A DNA stretch of 60,789 bases, taken from a virus (taxonomy: Duplodnaviria; Caudoviricetes). Position 1 is the stretch's first letter, and each line of letters begins with the position of its first letter. The stretch is from positions 1 to 60,789 of IMG/VR virus record IMGVR_UViG_3300033485_000012. The stretch is one strand, 5' to 3'. The notes beneath the pieces are model-generated. The model made no database searches and was not told the origin of the DNA. It saw only the letters and a list, made by a program, of their open reading frames with translations. Shown piece after piece: positions 30,257-40,032 of the stretch. A program made the translations under genes and the position numbers.

Positions 30257-31165
30257 ATGCAGCTCTCGACCAATGACACTCCATCTACTTCATATCTAGA
30301 CGCCATCTTGACATCACAAAAGACCCAGCCGGAGCACTCGCTGAAGGCGGCATTGGCCATCTCGCCTGTCATTGATACAATTCTCAAAAACAATGAAGCG
30401 ATGCGTAGACGAGAGTCCATCTACACGGAGAGGTCTACAAAACTCGTAGAGTTGAAAAAGGCCATGGAAGAGGTGCGTGCGCGCCAGGCAGGGTTGTTCG
30501 GGTGTGAGGCACAACTACGTGATATTCTTCAGACACAGTGGCAAAAGTTGGCTGAGCAGGCCGAAGCTGTCACCGAGGAACTCCCTACACGCGATATGGA
30601 TTTGGATTTCAAGTATCCACGTAAACTCAACAAAGAAGTGCTTCGATGGCGCACAGCAGACGGCTGGCCCGCCCTTGGACTTTTCCGGTTAGATGAACCC
30701 ACCTTATCTTTTGGTCGACACCTCCGAAGTCATATTTACAACGTGAGCCACCCGGAAAATATCAAATACGATCGCAAGACCAACTCCCTCACATCTGCGC
30801 ACCTGCGCGGTCGGTTTGGTGAATATTACCAAGACGTTATGCAGCATGTGGACGAGATCGCCCCAGAAATAAACAAACATATCTCGTGGAGGATGACGGA
30901 TGCAAAGATGTACGTGCGGTGTACGTTTAGCGGGTATATCCCCGAATCGGCTCGACAGGACATTCGTCAAGCAGAGGCCTCCAAATACTTCGACGGCATC
31001 TACCTGTTGACCGAGACACCAATGTGGAAAGTTGTGACTGAGGAATCCGAAGGACCCCCGCCAGCAAGAGACCCCATCGCCCTTGGTTGGGACGGCAAGG
31101 ACTTGCGAGTCATCTGCGTATTTGATACAACTTCATTGGAAGAACTCGCGCTGAAGACTCGTTAA
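30257..31165 (+). CDS. Hypothetical protein
   Basis: 302-aa ORF with GGAG SD. Confidence 0.75.
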   Translation: MQLSTNDTPSTSYLDAILTSQKTQPEHSLKAALAISPVIDTILKNNEAMRRRESIYTERSTKLVELKKAMEEVRARQAGLFGCEAQLRDILQTQWQKLAEQAEAVTEELPTRDMDLDFKYPRKLNKEVLRWRTADGWPALGLFRLDEPTLSFGRHLRSHIYNVSHPENIKYDRKTNSLTSAHLRGRFGEYYQDVMQHVDEIAPEINKHISWRMTDAKMYVRCTFSGYIPESARQDIRQAEASKYFDGIYLLTETPMWKVVTEESEGPPPARDPIALGWDGKDLRVICVFDTTSLEELALKTR

Positions 31166-31494
31166 AAAGGAGATTTATCATGCACAAAGAGAACGATCGT
31201 ATTGAAATGCAGCGACGCGCCAACAATAATCCATACATCACAAAGCGGGTGCTTGAGGCCCTTGAGTCTGGCGATGAAGCATTGGCGATTCGCGAGATCC
31301 GTCAGCTGGAGTCGAGGCGAGGTGAGGATGGTGGTGGCGGCAGCGCTGAGACCCATCTCGAGACAGTTAAGTGGCTGAAGAGGTGGACGCAAAACTCACC
31401 CAAACAAGCAGAGCGCCTTGGCGTGACAGGAGCCCCATACCCCGCCTGGCTTAAGTAGCTTGACTTCGAAGCCCTAAAGTGTCATAAAGCCCCC

Positions 31495-31740
31495 ATGGAC
31501 AACATCAAAGTTGGAATGACCGTAGCACTCACGCATTACCCGAACATCCCGCTCGTTGTTGAGGCGGTGTTTAAGAACGACTTCTACTGCGATCCAGACA
31601 AAACGACTTGGTATGTTTGTCCGCAGCGAGGGCCTATGTTCCGTGTGCGGAATCCCGTCAGCGGCAATTGGGGGAATTGCGAGGCGTGTATGTTGTGCGA
31701 ATACCGACCAGATGAGTCGCCCCACTATTTTGTGGATTGA
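31495..31740 (+). CDS. SH3-like small protein ending SPHYFVD
   Basis: Promoter at 31460, ATG at +35; IKVG..V start. Confidence 0.65.
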   Translation: MDNIKVGMTVALTHYPNIPLVVEAVFKNDFYCDPDKTTWYVCPQRGPMFRVRNPVSGNWGNCEACMLCEYRPDESPHYFVD

Positions 31741-31978
31741 CTTTCTCTGTTAAAAGAGCGATAAGGATCCGTATGAACAAGCTCACCATCGACGACGTCG
31801 TTGACATCACATGGAACTTTGGAGATCGTTTCCTTCTTCAAACTGCAGATGCGGCCTATGTTTGGTACTCTCCAGACTACGGAGGAGACAATACGATTCA
31901 TAAATATGGTGGCGATCCATCGAATTTTACGGAACCCGGCTTCGCTGGACGATACAAGGGGCAGCACACCATTCGACG

Positions 31979-32497
31979 CTATTGCGGCCCTGACGTTAAA
32001 ATCGTAGAGGATTGGTAAGCATCAATAGCGCGGTAGATCCCCAACTCGGCCCATGCGTCATGGGTCGGGTAACGCGGATCCGCGGTGACTTGCTGGTACC
32101 GGTGGGCGATTTCGTGACACAGCGCGGCAAACGATGGCCCGACTCTGATGCCGGAATCCATCTGCAGCCCAGCCACCCCGCGAGGCCCCGTGCCTGTGTC
32201 TTCTGTCCAAGATTCGGTAGACTTGACGTGGATATGTAGGTCTACCAACGCTTTGCCGATGTCGTTCCAGCCCGCGTTAAGTGTTAGGCAATTGCAAGCG
32301 GACGCCATAGCCCGTGCCAACGCGATTCGATCGGATTGTGTGCCACCCCTTTCGAAGTGACACCACATGCCATCGCGGTATTCGGGGAAAGCTTTCCAAG
32401 GCGTGTGGGTTTGGCACCACTTGACAATAAATGTCGTCACCAGTGCTACGACGATGCCTGCAGCCATACATACCCCGATGAGTTCGCCTGGTTGCAT
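31979..32497 (-). CDS. Membrane-anchored HExxH protein
   Basis: N-terminal TM helix; GVAG...I.VG...ALCHEIAH...H.AW...GIY. Confidence 0.6.
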   Translation of the reverse strand: MQPGELIGVCMAAGIVVALVTTFIVKWCQTHTPWKAFPEYRDGMWCHFERGGTQSDRIALARAMASACNCLTLNAGWNDIGKALVDLHIHVKSTESWTEDTGTGPRGVAGLQMDSGIRVGPSFAALCHEIAHRYQQVTADPRYPTHDAWAELGIYRAIDAYQSSTILTSGPQ

Positions 32498-32498
32498 C

Positions 32499-33533
32499 CT
32501 AACCCTTCAAAGCCGCCATCAGAGACCTGACCTCATCAACGTCCACATCTAGACAAAAATCCAACACGTAACCATCGCTGTAGGCGGTGGTGCGCACGGA
32601 CTTGGCGAGCTCCGAGAAGCAAACGCATCCAACAAACTTGTCGCCGCTCATGAAACCACCACCACACAGCGGACACTCGGCCGAAGCTTCTGAACGCGTC
32701 AGCGGCAACGACGGGATTTTCGGCTTCTTAGCAGAGGACTGCGCGGTGGACGGGGGAGTGGCTGCCATCGGAGCCTCCTGCGGTTGTGGTGGGTTGGCGG
32801 GGCCAGCGCCGAGAGTTTCGCCCTTGGCGACTGGGGCCGCACCGAATTGCTGCTTGGCGGCGTTACCTTGCCACAGGGCTTGCCCGGGGGCTTGCTGTTG
32901 TTGGGAGGGGACGACCGTCTTGCCTGTCACTTTTTCAGCGTGCGCATACATGGCGCTGGCCAAACCTCGACGTCGGTGCTCGGGGTCCACGTTGACATCA
33001 TCTGGATGTAAATTAGCACCTTGGTGGGTCATCAAAGCCCAGCCGACTCGCTTGCCGCCGTGCATGGCGTTGATTTGAGTCAACATCTCGCCATCACCCA
33101 AGTCGTGATGCTCGTGGGTGATTTGGTATCCAGCGTTGGCGTCCAACACCTTCTTCTGGAGTTGTGATTTAATCAGCAAATCCAACGACTTACCCAACTT
33201 CTCTAGAACAATCCCGCGCAATGCTCGGTCGAGTTTGCCCGGTTCCAGTTCGAGGGCGTTGGCTACTGCGGCGGATACGTGGTATAGGGATTCGTTGCGG
33301 AATGAATATTCTCCTACATTGCCGCTGTAAGATTCTTCAGATTTATTCAGTTGCAGTTGACTCGCCGTCCCCGGGATGTTACCTTCATGGGTGTCCAAAC
33401 AAGAAACCCACCCGATGATCGTCCGCAACTCCAACGCCGACCCCAATGACGGCTCGCGCTCTACAGCTTTTGATAGAGCGGCAGCGCCTTCAACTCCAAC
33501 CACATCGCGTAGAAAATCCATCTTCAGGGGCAA
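32499..33533 (-). CDS. Late protein with an internal GNAT-like domain
   Basis: V.VDPEHRRRGLASAMY resembles acetyl-CoA-binding motif A; C-terminal CxxC..CxC; start uncertain. Confidence 0.6.
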   Translation of the reverse strand: MPLKMDFLRDVVGVEGAAALSKAVEREPSLGSALELRTIIGWVSCLDTHEGNIPGTASQLQLNKSEESYSGNVGEYSFRNESLYHVSAAVANALELEPGKLDRALRGIVLEKLGKSLDLLIKSQLQKKVLDANAGYQITHEHHDLGDGEMLTQINAMHGGKRVGWALMTHQGANLHPDDVNVDPEHRRRGLASAMYAHAEKVTGKTVVPSQQQQAPGQALWQGNAAKQQFGAAPVAKGETLGAGPANPPQPQEAPMAATPPSTAQSSAKKPKIPSLPLTRSEASAECPLCGGGFMSGDKFVGCVCFSELAKSVRTTAYSDGYVLDFCLDVDVDEVRSLMAALKG

Positions 33534-33548
33534 AGCATTTCCGGCCCG

Positions 33549-34592
33549 TTAAGGCTCGGCTCCTTCATTAAGGGCTTGATGCTTCAAGCCGCGTTTCAAG
33601 ATGTTGATGGCTGAGTTCACGTCACGATCATGACGCGCCCCGCAATCACACACCCATTCACGCTTATTCAAACCCGCCAATCCTTTCGGACCGGTTTTTG
33701 AACCACAGACGTGGCAGGTTTGGGTTGTAAAGTTTTCCATGACCTCAGTATAGATTGCGCCGTTCCTAATGGACTTGTAACGCAACATGCTTCTGAAGTT
33801 AGACCAACCTACGTCCAACACGGACTTAGCTATGATGGTCTTGGATAATTTACTGGATGAAACGTCTCCTACGAAAATGTGGTTATATTTCTTCGTTACG
33901 TTGTTAGACAACTTGTGGTGGAAATCCTTGCGAACAGCTTTGATCTTTTGATGGATTTTACGGACTTGTTTACGCTTGTTGGCTCGTTGGGCAACAGCTA
34001 GCTTACGGGCGTACTTCGATAAGATCCGGGGATTGGCGATTTTAGTGCCATCAGAAAATGCGGCGAAGTCTTTGAGTCCTAAGTCGACACCGACAGGCGA
34101 GTCGCCTTCGCGGCTTGTCGGCGTAGGTAACCCTACCTTAACGTTCAAAAACCATCGCCCTTGCGAGTCTTGACTGAAGTTGGAGCCGAATAAGATCTTC
34201 GCCTCTGCCGGTAGCGGCCGATCGAGGAACACCCGGAAGACGTGTCCCATGAAGATGAAATCGCCATTGCGATACTTAAGTGATGCGGACTTAATCGGAA
34301 CCCAACCCAAAGATTTCCGACTCCGCCACTTCAGCCAAGGCTTTTTGCGTTGCGTGCGGCTTTGAACATATTGCCGAGCTATAGCTTGAATGGAATTGGA
34401 GTTTAATCCGAGGCCCTCAGAGCTTCCCGCGGTGAGGTGGTTCAAATCAAACTCACCTAGCCACTTACGATGCGCTTTAACTGCTTGGCGCTGCACGTCG
34501 TTGCAGTAGTTCCATACAAAGTTGACTTTACGGGCGAGTCCGTTTAGGAACCCTCCGTAAGACTTGACCCTGTAGTGGTAGGTGAGTTGCAT
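33549..34592 (-). CDS. tnpB: TnpB-family RNA-guided endonuclease (IS200/IS605-derived), no adjacent tnpA
   Basis: VNFVWNY, GVDLG (RuvC-I), DFHHKLS, TQTCHVCG...CDCG zinc finger, DRDVNSAINI (RuvC-III). Confidence 0.92.
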   Translation of the reverse strand: MQLTYHYRVKSYGGFLNGLARKVNFVWNYCNDVQRQAVKAHRKWLGEFDLNHLTAGSSEGLGLNSNSIQAIARQYVQSRTQRKKPWLKWRSRKSLGWVPIKSASLKYRNGDFIFMGHVFRVFLDRPLPAEAKILFGSNFSQDSQGRWFLNVKVGLPTPTSREGDSPVGVDLGLKDFAAFSDGTKIANPRILSKYARKLAVAQRANKRKQVRKIHQKIKAVRKDFHHKLSNNVTKKYNHIFVGDVSSSKLSKTIIAKSVLDVGWSNFRSMLRYKSIRNGAIYTEVMENFTTQTCHVCGSKTGPKGLAGLNKREWVCDCGARHDRDVNSAINILKRGLKHQALNEGAEP

Positions 34593-34855
34593 TGGTAGAA
34601 ATCATTATATCATAAGGCGCCTAGATGTCACGTCGGATTGTTCTTGCGGTGCGACGGCCACATAATGTACAATACTCCACGACAGCCCAATAAAGTATGG
34701 CACTAGAAAGACTTCCTACAACACACTGGAGAAACACAATGACTGTGCTGGATAACGGCGACTTCAGGTATGTTTTGTCCGTCAACGATTACGCTGTAGG
34801 TGTGGTCTGTCGAAGTGAGTTGACTCGACTCCCGCGGTCTGATAAGGACTAATCC

Positions 34856-35485
34856 ATGTTCACAATCCCAGCCGCAATCCTCGGAACCAAACACGATGTA
34901 ACCGTCCACGATGTGGGCGTCAATTTCGCAAGTGCCCTCTTCGGATCTCCAGGGCACTGCCAAACCCTGCCTCATGTCACAATGATTCCGATAAACTCCA
35001 TGGGAGGTTTGTTTTCGTGGACGTGGAAAATTCCGTTCGCCGACCTGGATCGTCTGGTAGAAATCTACTTGCCAAACGTCCAGTACTCCGCGCTCGAGGC
35101 GTCTTGGAATGCTTATGGCAAGCCTACGACAGTTGCACCTACGCCGACCACAGCCTCCGCTTTCAAGGTGGGCGATTTGGTCGTGTGGAACCCACAGCCG
35201 AACCGCAAAGTCTCTTCTATTTTGATTGTTGGGGCTACGTACCGGATTCTCGCTTGCACTTGGGCTGGCCCGCCGGCAGTTTGGAGCTTGGGGTATTACA
35301 ACAGCAATACACATATCGACGTAGCGGACGAGAATGAGTTGACGCTATGCAGTCAGCAACTTACATTGCCACTGGAGCCCTATACTGTTAGTAGCTACAC
35401 CCTGCCCGCCAAGAAGTGTGAATGTGGCGCGATGAAATGTAAGTCGAATATCCACTCAACTTGGTGCCAGCTGTACACACCGTAG
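34856..35485 (+). CDS. Hypothetical protein with FKVGD SH3-like domain and C-terminal Cys/His knuckle
   Basis: Upstream TTGACT promoter; CECG...HS.WC. Confidence 0.65.
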   Translation: MFTIPAAILGTKHDVTVHDVGVNFASALFGSPGHCQTLPHVTMIPINSMGGLFSWTWKIPFADLDRLVEIYLPNVQYSALEASWNAYGKPTTVAPTPTTASAFKVGDLVVWNPQPNRKVSSILIVGATYRILACTWAGPPAVWSLGYYNSNTHIDVADENELTLCSQQLTLPLEPYTVSSYTLPAKKCECGAMKCKSNIHSTWCQLYTP

Positions 35486-35704
35486 AACCGAAAGGGAATT
35501 CAATGGATCTAGATCTATGGAAGCAGCAAATGATGGTTGCTATACAGGCTGCATCAATCGTGCAGAGTTGTCACACCTACTCGCCGAGTGGTATGTATAG
35601 TCCTATCGAGCAGCACATGGCTGATTACATCGACCGCGCTAGAAAGATATCGAATCTGTGGTTGAAAACATACAACAATCAACTCCAGTGTCCGGGGGAG
35701 TGAC

Positions 35705-36529
35705 CTAACGCGGTCCGAACCCGCCGCTCTCGGGGGATTTCTGGGCCCGAGGGCTGCGCGGGTTTGACATGTCATCTGCTTCTTCATTCAAGAAGAGATA
35801 CTCTCGTTGCAACATGGCCTGTTGCGGCATTCTCACAACCCCGCGAGATCCATCGGGTAAATCTTGCTGAGATAGTCTGATTTCGTGCACCAACCGCAAG
35901 CAAACAAAGTATGGGCGGTAAGAATACCTGATGGAGCAAATCGTCCCGCTACCGGAATCCAAGTCGATGCCCGGGCGCTTCTGGCCCAGCCACTCAACTT
36001 GCCCGTCGGCCGTGACGCGGAAGTCGGTGCAGGGGGCGTATGTAATCCCACGCGCGTCGATGATTCCTTCTACCGACACAGCGGGAAACTGAAGGCGCTC
36101 CAAACCTGTTTCATGGCTTTGGATGAGTTGCCATGTCGGCACGACGATGTTTTCATCTACGTAAAACCGATCGAAAGGGCACAACGAGAATGGCGTGGTT
36201 GAGTCGTCGTAGTTTTGTGGGAAGGTTACCATGACGCTGGCGCCGGCAATCCACCCTATGTCCTTCAGACCTGGCGAGTTGGAGTTCCCCAACATCATAG
36301 CCGTGATTGAAGCCGATGGGGTGTAGATGAACCCGTTCGAGCAATTGGTATGGTGATCGTGTGGCCGACGCCCGTCCCCCAACACCGACATCCCTACTGG
36401 ACACCGCTGGCCTTTGTAGTGCACGAGCTTGATGCCAGCCCCACGGATGCGGTAGTCGAACGCGTCCGCGTCGAAGTCGATCCCGTAGTCGGGGATGTCC
36501 ATGCCAAAATTGTCGATTTTGCTTGCCAC
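35705..36529 (-). CDS. Head completion/neck protein (putative)
   Basis: FD...F...I...G..L.H....CP...C.NG.IY pattern typical of large-myovirus neck proteins. Confidence 0.55.
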   Translation of the reverse strand: MASKIDNFGMDIPDYGIDFDADAFDYRIRGAGIKLVHYKGQRCPVGMSVLGDGRRPHDHHTNCSNGFIYTPSASITAMMLGNSNSPGLKDIGWIAGASVMVTFPQNYDDSTTPFSLCPFDRFYVDENIVVPTWQLIQSHETGLERLQFPAVSVEGIIDARGITYAPCTDFRVTADGQVEWLGQKRPGIDLDSGSGTICSIRYSYRPYFVCLRLVHEIRLSQQDLPDGSRGVVRMPQQAMLQREYLFLNEEADDMSNPRSPRAQKSPESGGFGPR

Positions 36530-36530
36530 C

Positions 36531-36824
36531 TTAAGGTTTCCTAAGTAGGGCTGTCACAGCCTCGTAGCGGGGTAGAAGGTGCTCGAATGTGGCTACATCG
36601 CCGTGCTCCGACTTCGAGAGCTCGGTGAACACCATCTCGGGTTCGTTCTTTTGGGCAATGAACAAGGCGATTCTCTTGTTGGGGCCGACACCTGATGGGA
36701 TTCGTTGCCCTTTCACGCGGACGATGTGGTAGCCGCCCTTGGTGCGCATGTGGATGACGGGCACGCCCTTGAGCTTGCCGATGGTTTTTGGGGGATCGCG
36801 CAGTTGATTTTCCGGGAATTCCAT
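36531..36824 (-). CDS. Late hypothetical protein
   Basis: GAGGTG SD with AATCTT motif upstream. Confidence 0.6.
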   Translation of the reverse strand: MEFPENQLRDPPKTIGKLKGVPVIHMRTKGGYHIVRVKGQRIPSGVGPNKRIALFIAQKNEPEMVFTELSKSEHGDVATFEHLLPRYEAVTALLRKP

Positions 36825-37039
36825 GATACACCTCAAATACAAGATTAGGAGACAAGCATGACTAGACAAGATAGATATGAAAAGGAGCTTCAGAAACTCC
36901 GCGCAGACTACGACGTAGAGGCCAGCCTGGTGCACGATAGGTGTCTAATCGCTTACATGAAAGCTCTCCGGCCGGCGCTGGCGAACGTCCAAGCCGCCTA
37001 CGAGAAGGCGGCCTACGAGCTTCGCAAGAGATACAACCT

Positions 37040-38098
37040 CTAATCGCTCAAGTTCTTCTGTGACAAAAACCTCGCCGACTGACTCTCGAATGACGTAATC
37101 GCATTCCCCAAAGAGATGATCAGCGGCACAATCGCCGTGACCGATGGAGCCGCGGCAGCAGCCGGAGTGTCGGCTAGTGCGGTTGCGAGGGTCGTCAGAG
37201 CGGCTGAGATGCCGTTTAGCACGCCAGACATGGTGGAATGCATGGTTTGTTGTGCGGTGCGGTAAGTCGTGCCCATCATCGTAGCGTCGGTGGCTGAGCC
37301 CGTGCGAACGCCACTAGACTTCAATGTCAACCCACCGGATACTTGGAGGTTCCCGCTGGATCGACCTTGGATGTCAATGGTGTCGCCCACGTCAAACGAC
37401 AACTTCTTGTTTACCTTGACATTCCAGGCTTCATCCGCTTGGAATTCCAAGGTTTTATCGGCGTGGTTGAGGAACAGGTATTGGGCCGAATCTTTCGTGC
37501 CGACCTTAATCCCGCCATCAGAAAGCATTTGCAAAAAGGAGTTTGAGGCGTCTTCGTCGACCCCGTCCAGCAATTTGTTAGTCGCGTCAGTAGCTCCACG
37601 GAACTGGAACTTGAGGGCCCCTTCGGAGTCGACCGTGCAGCTCGTGCCGTTGAACTCGGCGAACAGGCTGTGGCCGTCTTCTTCCTTGGCGACCGGCGGC
37701 GAGTCTGGAATACCCCCGATGATGAATGGTTGTTGAGATTGCCCGTTGATGCACAAAATCAGCACCTTAGAGCCACTTGATGTGACCTTGTGTGTTTGCG
37801 GATCGACTACCCGTGCACGCAAAGTATAACGAAACGTATCTGCCCCACCACCGAACAAGTTCGCTATCCGGCAGTTCGGATACGATACCGTGGCGACCGC
37901 ACCCGCCCCGTCTCGAGTCATTACAGCTACGCGGTATTCTATCGCCGTTTTCGTCTTGGATTGCTTGGACGCCGGATAGATGATTTCTTCAATTTCGCCT
38001 ACACGTAGGGCGGTGTTGTCAAATTGTTGACTCTTAACCACTTGACCCCATACCGGATTCAAGAAAGATGGAATCACCGTGCCGTCGCTTAGCTCCAT
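37040..38098 (-). CDS. Baseplate spike/puncturing protein (gp5/gpV-like)
   Basis: OB-fold-like N-terminus (GSKVLILCING....PFIIG), beta-rich repeats, follows the hub gene. Confidence 0.6.
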   Translation of the reverse strand: MELSDGTVIPSFLNPVWGQVVKSQQFDNTALRVGEIEEIIYPASKQSKTKTAIEYRVAVMTRDGAGAVATVSYPNCRIANLFGGGADTFRYTLRARVVDPQTHKVTSSGSKVLILCINGQSQQPFIIGGIPDSPPVAKEEDGHSLFAEFNGTSCTVDSEGALKFQFRGATDATNKLLDGVDEDASNSFLQMLSDGGIKVGTKDSAQYLFLNHADKTLEFQADEAWNVKVNKKLSFDVGDTIDIQGRSSGNLQVSGGLTLKSSGVRTGSATDATMMGTTYRTAQQTMHSTMSGVLNGISAALTTLATALADTPAAAAAPSVTAIVPLIISLGNAITSFESQSARFLSQKNLSD

Positions 38099-40032
38099 GA
38101 CGAGCCTCCGTCGGGGGCGTTAAAGTCACCCAAAATAATAGTTTCTGTTTGACTTAAGCTTGATGGGTAGCGCGAATCCACCGTTTGAGGCGGGGCGTAT
38201 CCGATGTTATCTTCTGGCTTGACGCAGGAATACAACTCGAGTTCCGGGTTCAACGTCAAATAGTCTCCGCTCTGAGTCACCATCCGCGTTTTGCCGTCCA
38301 CCGACACGGTGCTATTGGTACGGCGGCGGGTCTCACTGGTGGTTTTTTGTGTGGGGGTGTCAGTCCGTAGGCCGTTCGACAGCGTCAGACGAGTTTCGAA
38401 GTGTTTCCTATCGCCCATCAAACCGCATATATGAGTAACACTTTCGATATGGTATACGACATCGTCTGTCTCGAAATTGTCACCAACACAAATCGGAAGG
38501 CTCGTTCCATACTTCAGCAAGCATGATCCGGTCAAAGTGAATTGCTGTCCCATCAAAAAGTCCGTGGCGATCTCCATCCACATCCCGGGCTCTTCGATGG
38601 TCGACTGAATACTAGCCGAAACGGTTTGCATGTAAATGCTCAATCCACTACGCTTGATGTCTTGTTCGTCTCGCTTTGGGTGGTATCTCACCGGTCCCAT
38701 GGTGTTGTCCATCACGTTGCCGGCGGCGGCATCTCCGTAGATGTGGACGAAATTGAGGCGGGCGGAATCGGACTTGCCTGTTTTGAGATTCTGAATCAGA
38801 ACTGGATGTGCCACCCACCGAGGAAGCTCGAGGAACCCGGTTATGCGCGAGCGGATCACCGGAGAAGCGTTCTGCGTCATGTAGGGCGTAGACAACGGCA
38901 GTGGCCGAACAATCAACGTCGGAACCACATCGCCATCAGCATTGAGGCGTAGCGTCGTATACATCTCGTTGACGGCTGGGTTCAAGAATTCGTTGATTAG
39001 CGACCATACCGTTTTGTTGTCGAAGGAGATTGGCAACGGCATGAACGTCGACAACATGTCGTTGTTGAGAAGACGGTATGACGTTGGAGATCCAAGCGCA
39101 CCTTGGGGGGAAAAGATTTCCTCTGGGGTTTGACCGCCAGAATAACGCTGGACGCCGAGGTTGAGTTCCATCAAATCCGCCACCGACGGAACCGGCTTGG
39201 CGGCGGCTCGACGCCCAGTCAATCGCAGCACCGACTTCGGCATAACATATGCATACGGTGCCGTTTCGGTCGACGTGGGGCCAGTTACGATTTGGACTCC
39301 ACCCTTGGCGGCGTGCAGCGGAGGAATCCCGCGACCCAACAACACTTCGAGGATCCGTTGGATGGCCAGCACCCCGGAAATCCCGCCGCCTACGGCTGAG
39401 ACCTGCAGAATATCCTTGAGTTGGATGTTGAGTTCCAACAAGAATTGGCCGATGGAGGGCTCTTCCACCTTGAGTGCCGGATCGTAATAAACCTTGGAGT
39501 TGAATTCCTTGTTGCCGGTGGCCGTCAAGTCGTAGCGAACGGTCCGCTTCCCGTCGTCCGATTGATTGATGTCCTGCACAATGCTTTGGACGCGACCAAT
39601 GAACTTGAGGCCGTCTGTAAACTTGTTGCAGGCCTCCAACTTCAAGATGCGGTCGAACAGATCCTTGCCTTTGGATTCGTCGTTGACAATCCACGCCATA
39701 ACCCAATCATTCGCTTGGATTTCCGACAAATAGTTTATGTCACCACCGGCGAAGGTGACACTCATAGTCGGAGTAGGCGAACCTTTGGAGTTGGAGATAG
39801 ACATCGACAACACATCGTCCGACACCACCAGCACCGGCCTTTCTCGGATCAACGACTCGACATCGGCATCGAACTGGACGTCCGCCTCGTGGCTCAGCAA
39901 CTTGCTACGAGAGAACGTAAGCGGCTGCGCCCAACGCACCACAGCCAACACCCAAAAAGGGCTGGCGGAGATGTAGTCGGGTGTAGTTTTATCCGAAAAC
40001 TCTTTGACTAATTCGAAGGTTGGCGCGGTCAT
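38089..40032 (-). CDS. Baseplate hub-like protein
   Basis: Directly downstream of the tape measure; I.VGD......YHIESV.H......F.T.L.L C-terminus. Confidence 0.6.
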   Translation of the reverse strand: MTAPTFELVKEFSDKTTPDYISASPFWVLAVVRWAQPLTFSRSKLLSHEADVQFDADVESLIRERPVLVVSDDVLSMSISNSKGSPTPTMSVTFAGGDINYLSEIQANDWVMAWIVNDESKGKDLFDRILKLEACNKFTDGLKFIGRVQSIVQDINQSDDGKRTVRYDLTATGNKEFNSKVYYDPALKVEEPSIGQFLLELNIQLKDILQVSAVGGGISGVLAIQRILEVLLGRGIPPLHAAKGGVQIVTGPTSTETAPYAYVMPKSVLRLTGRRAAAKPVPSVADLMELNLGVQRYSGGQTPEEIFSPQGALGSPTSYRLLNNDMLSTFMPLPISFDNKTVWSLINEFLNPAVNEMYTTLRLNADGDVVPTLIVRPLPLSTPYMTQNASPVIRSRITGFLELPRWVAHPVLIQNLKTGKSDSARLNFVHIYGDAAAGNVMDNTMGPVRYHPKRDEQDIKRSGLSIYMQTVSASIQSTIEEPGMWMEIATDFLMGQQFTLTGSCLLKYGTSLPICVGDNFETDDVVYHIESVTHICGLMGDRKHFETRLTLSNGLRTDTPTQKTTSETRRRTNSTVSVDGKTRMVTQSGDYLTLNPELELYSCVKPEDNIGYAPPQTVDSRYPSSLSQTETIILGDFNAPDGGSSWS

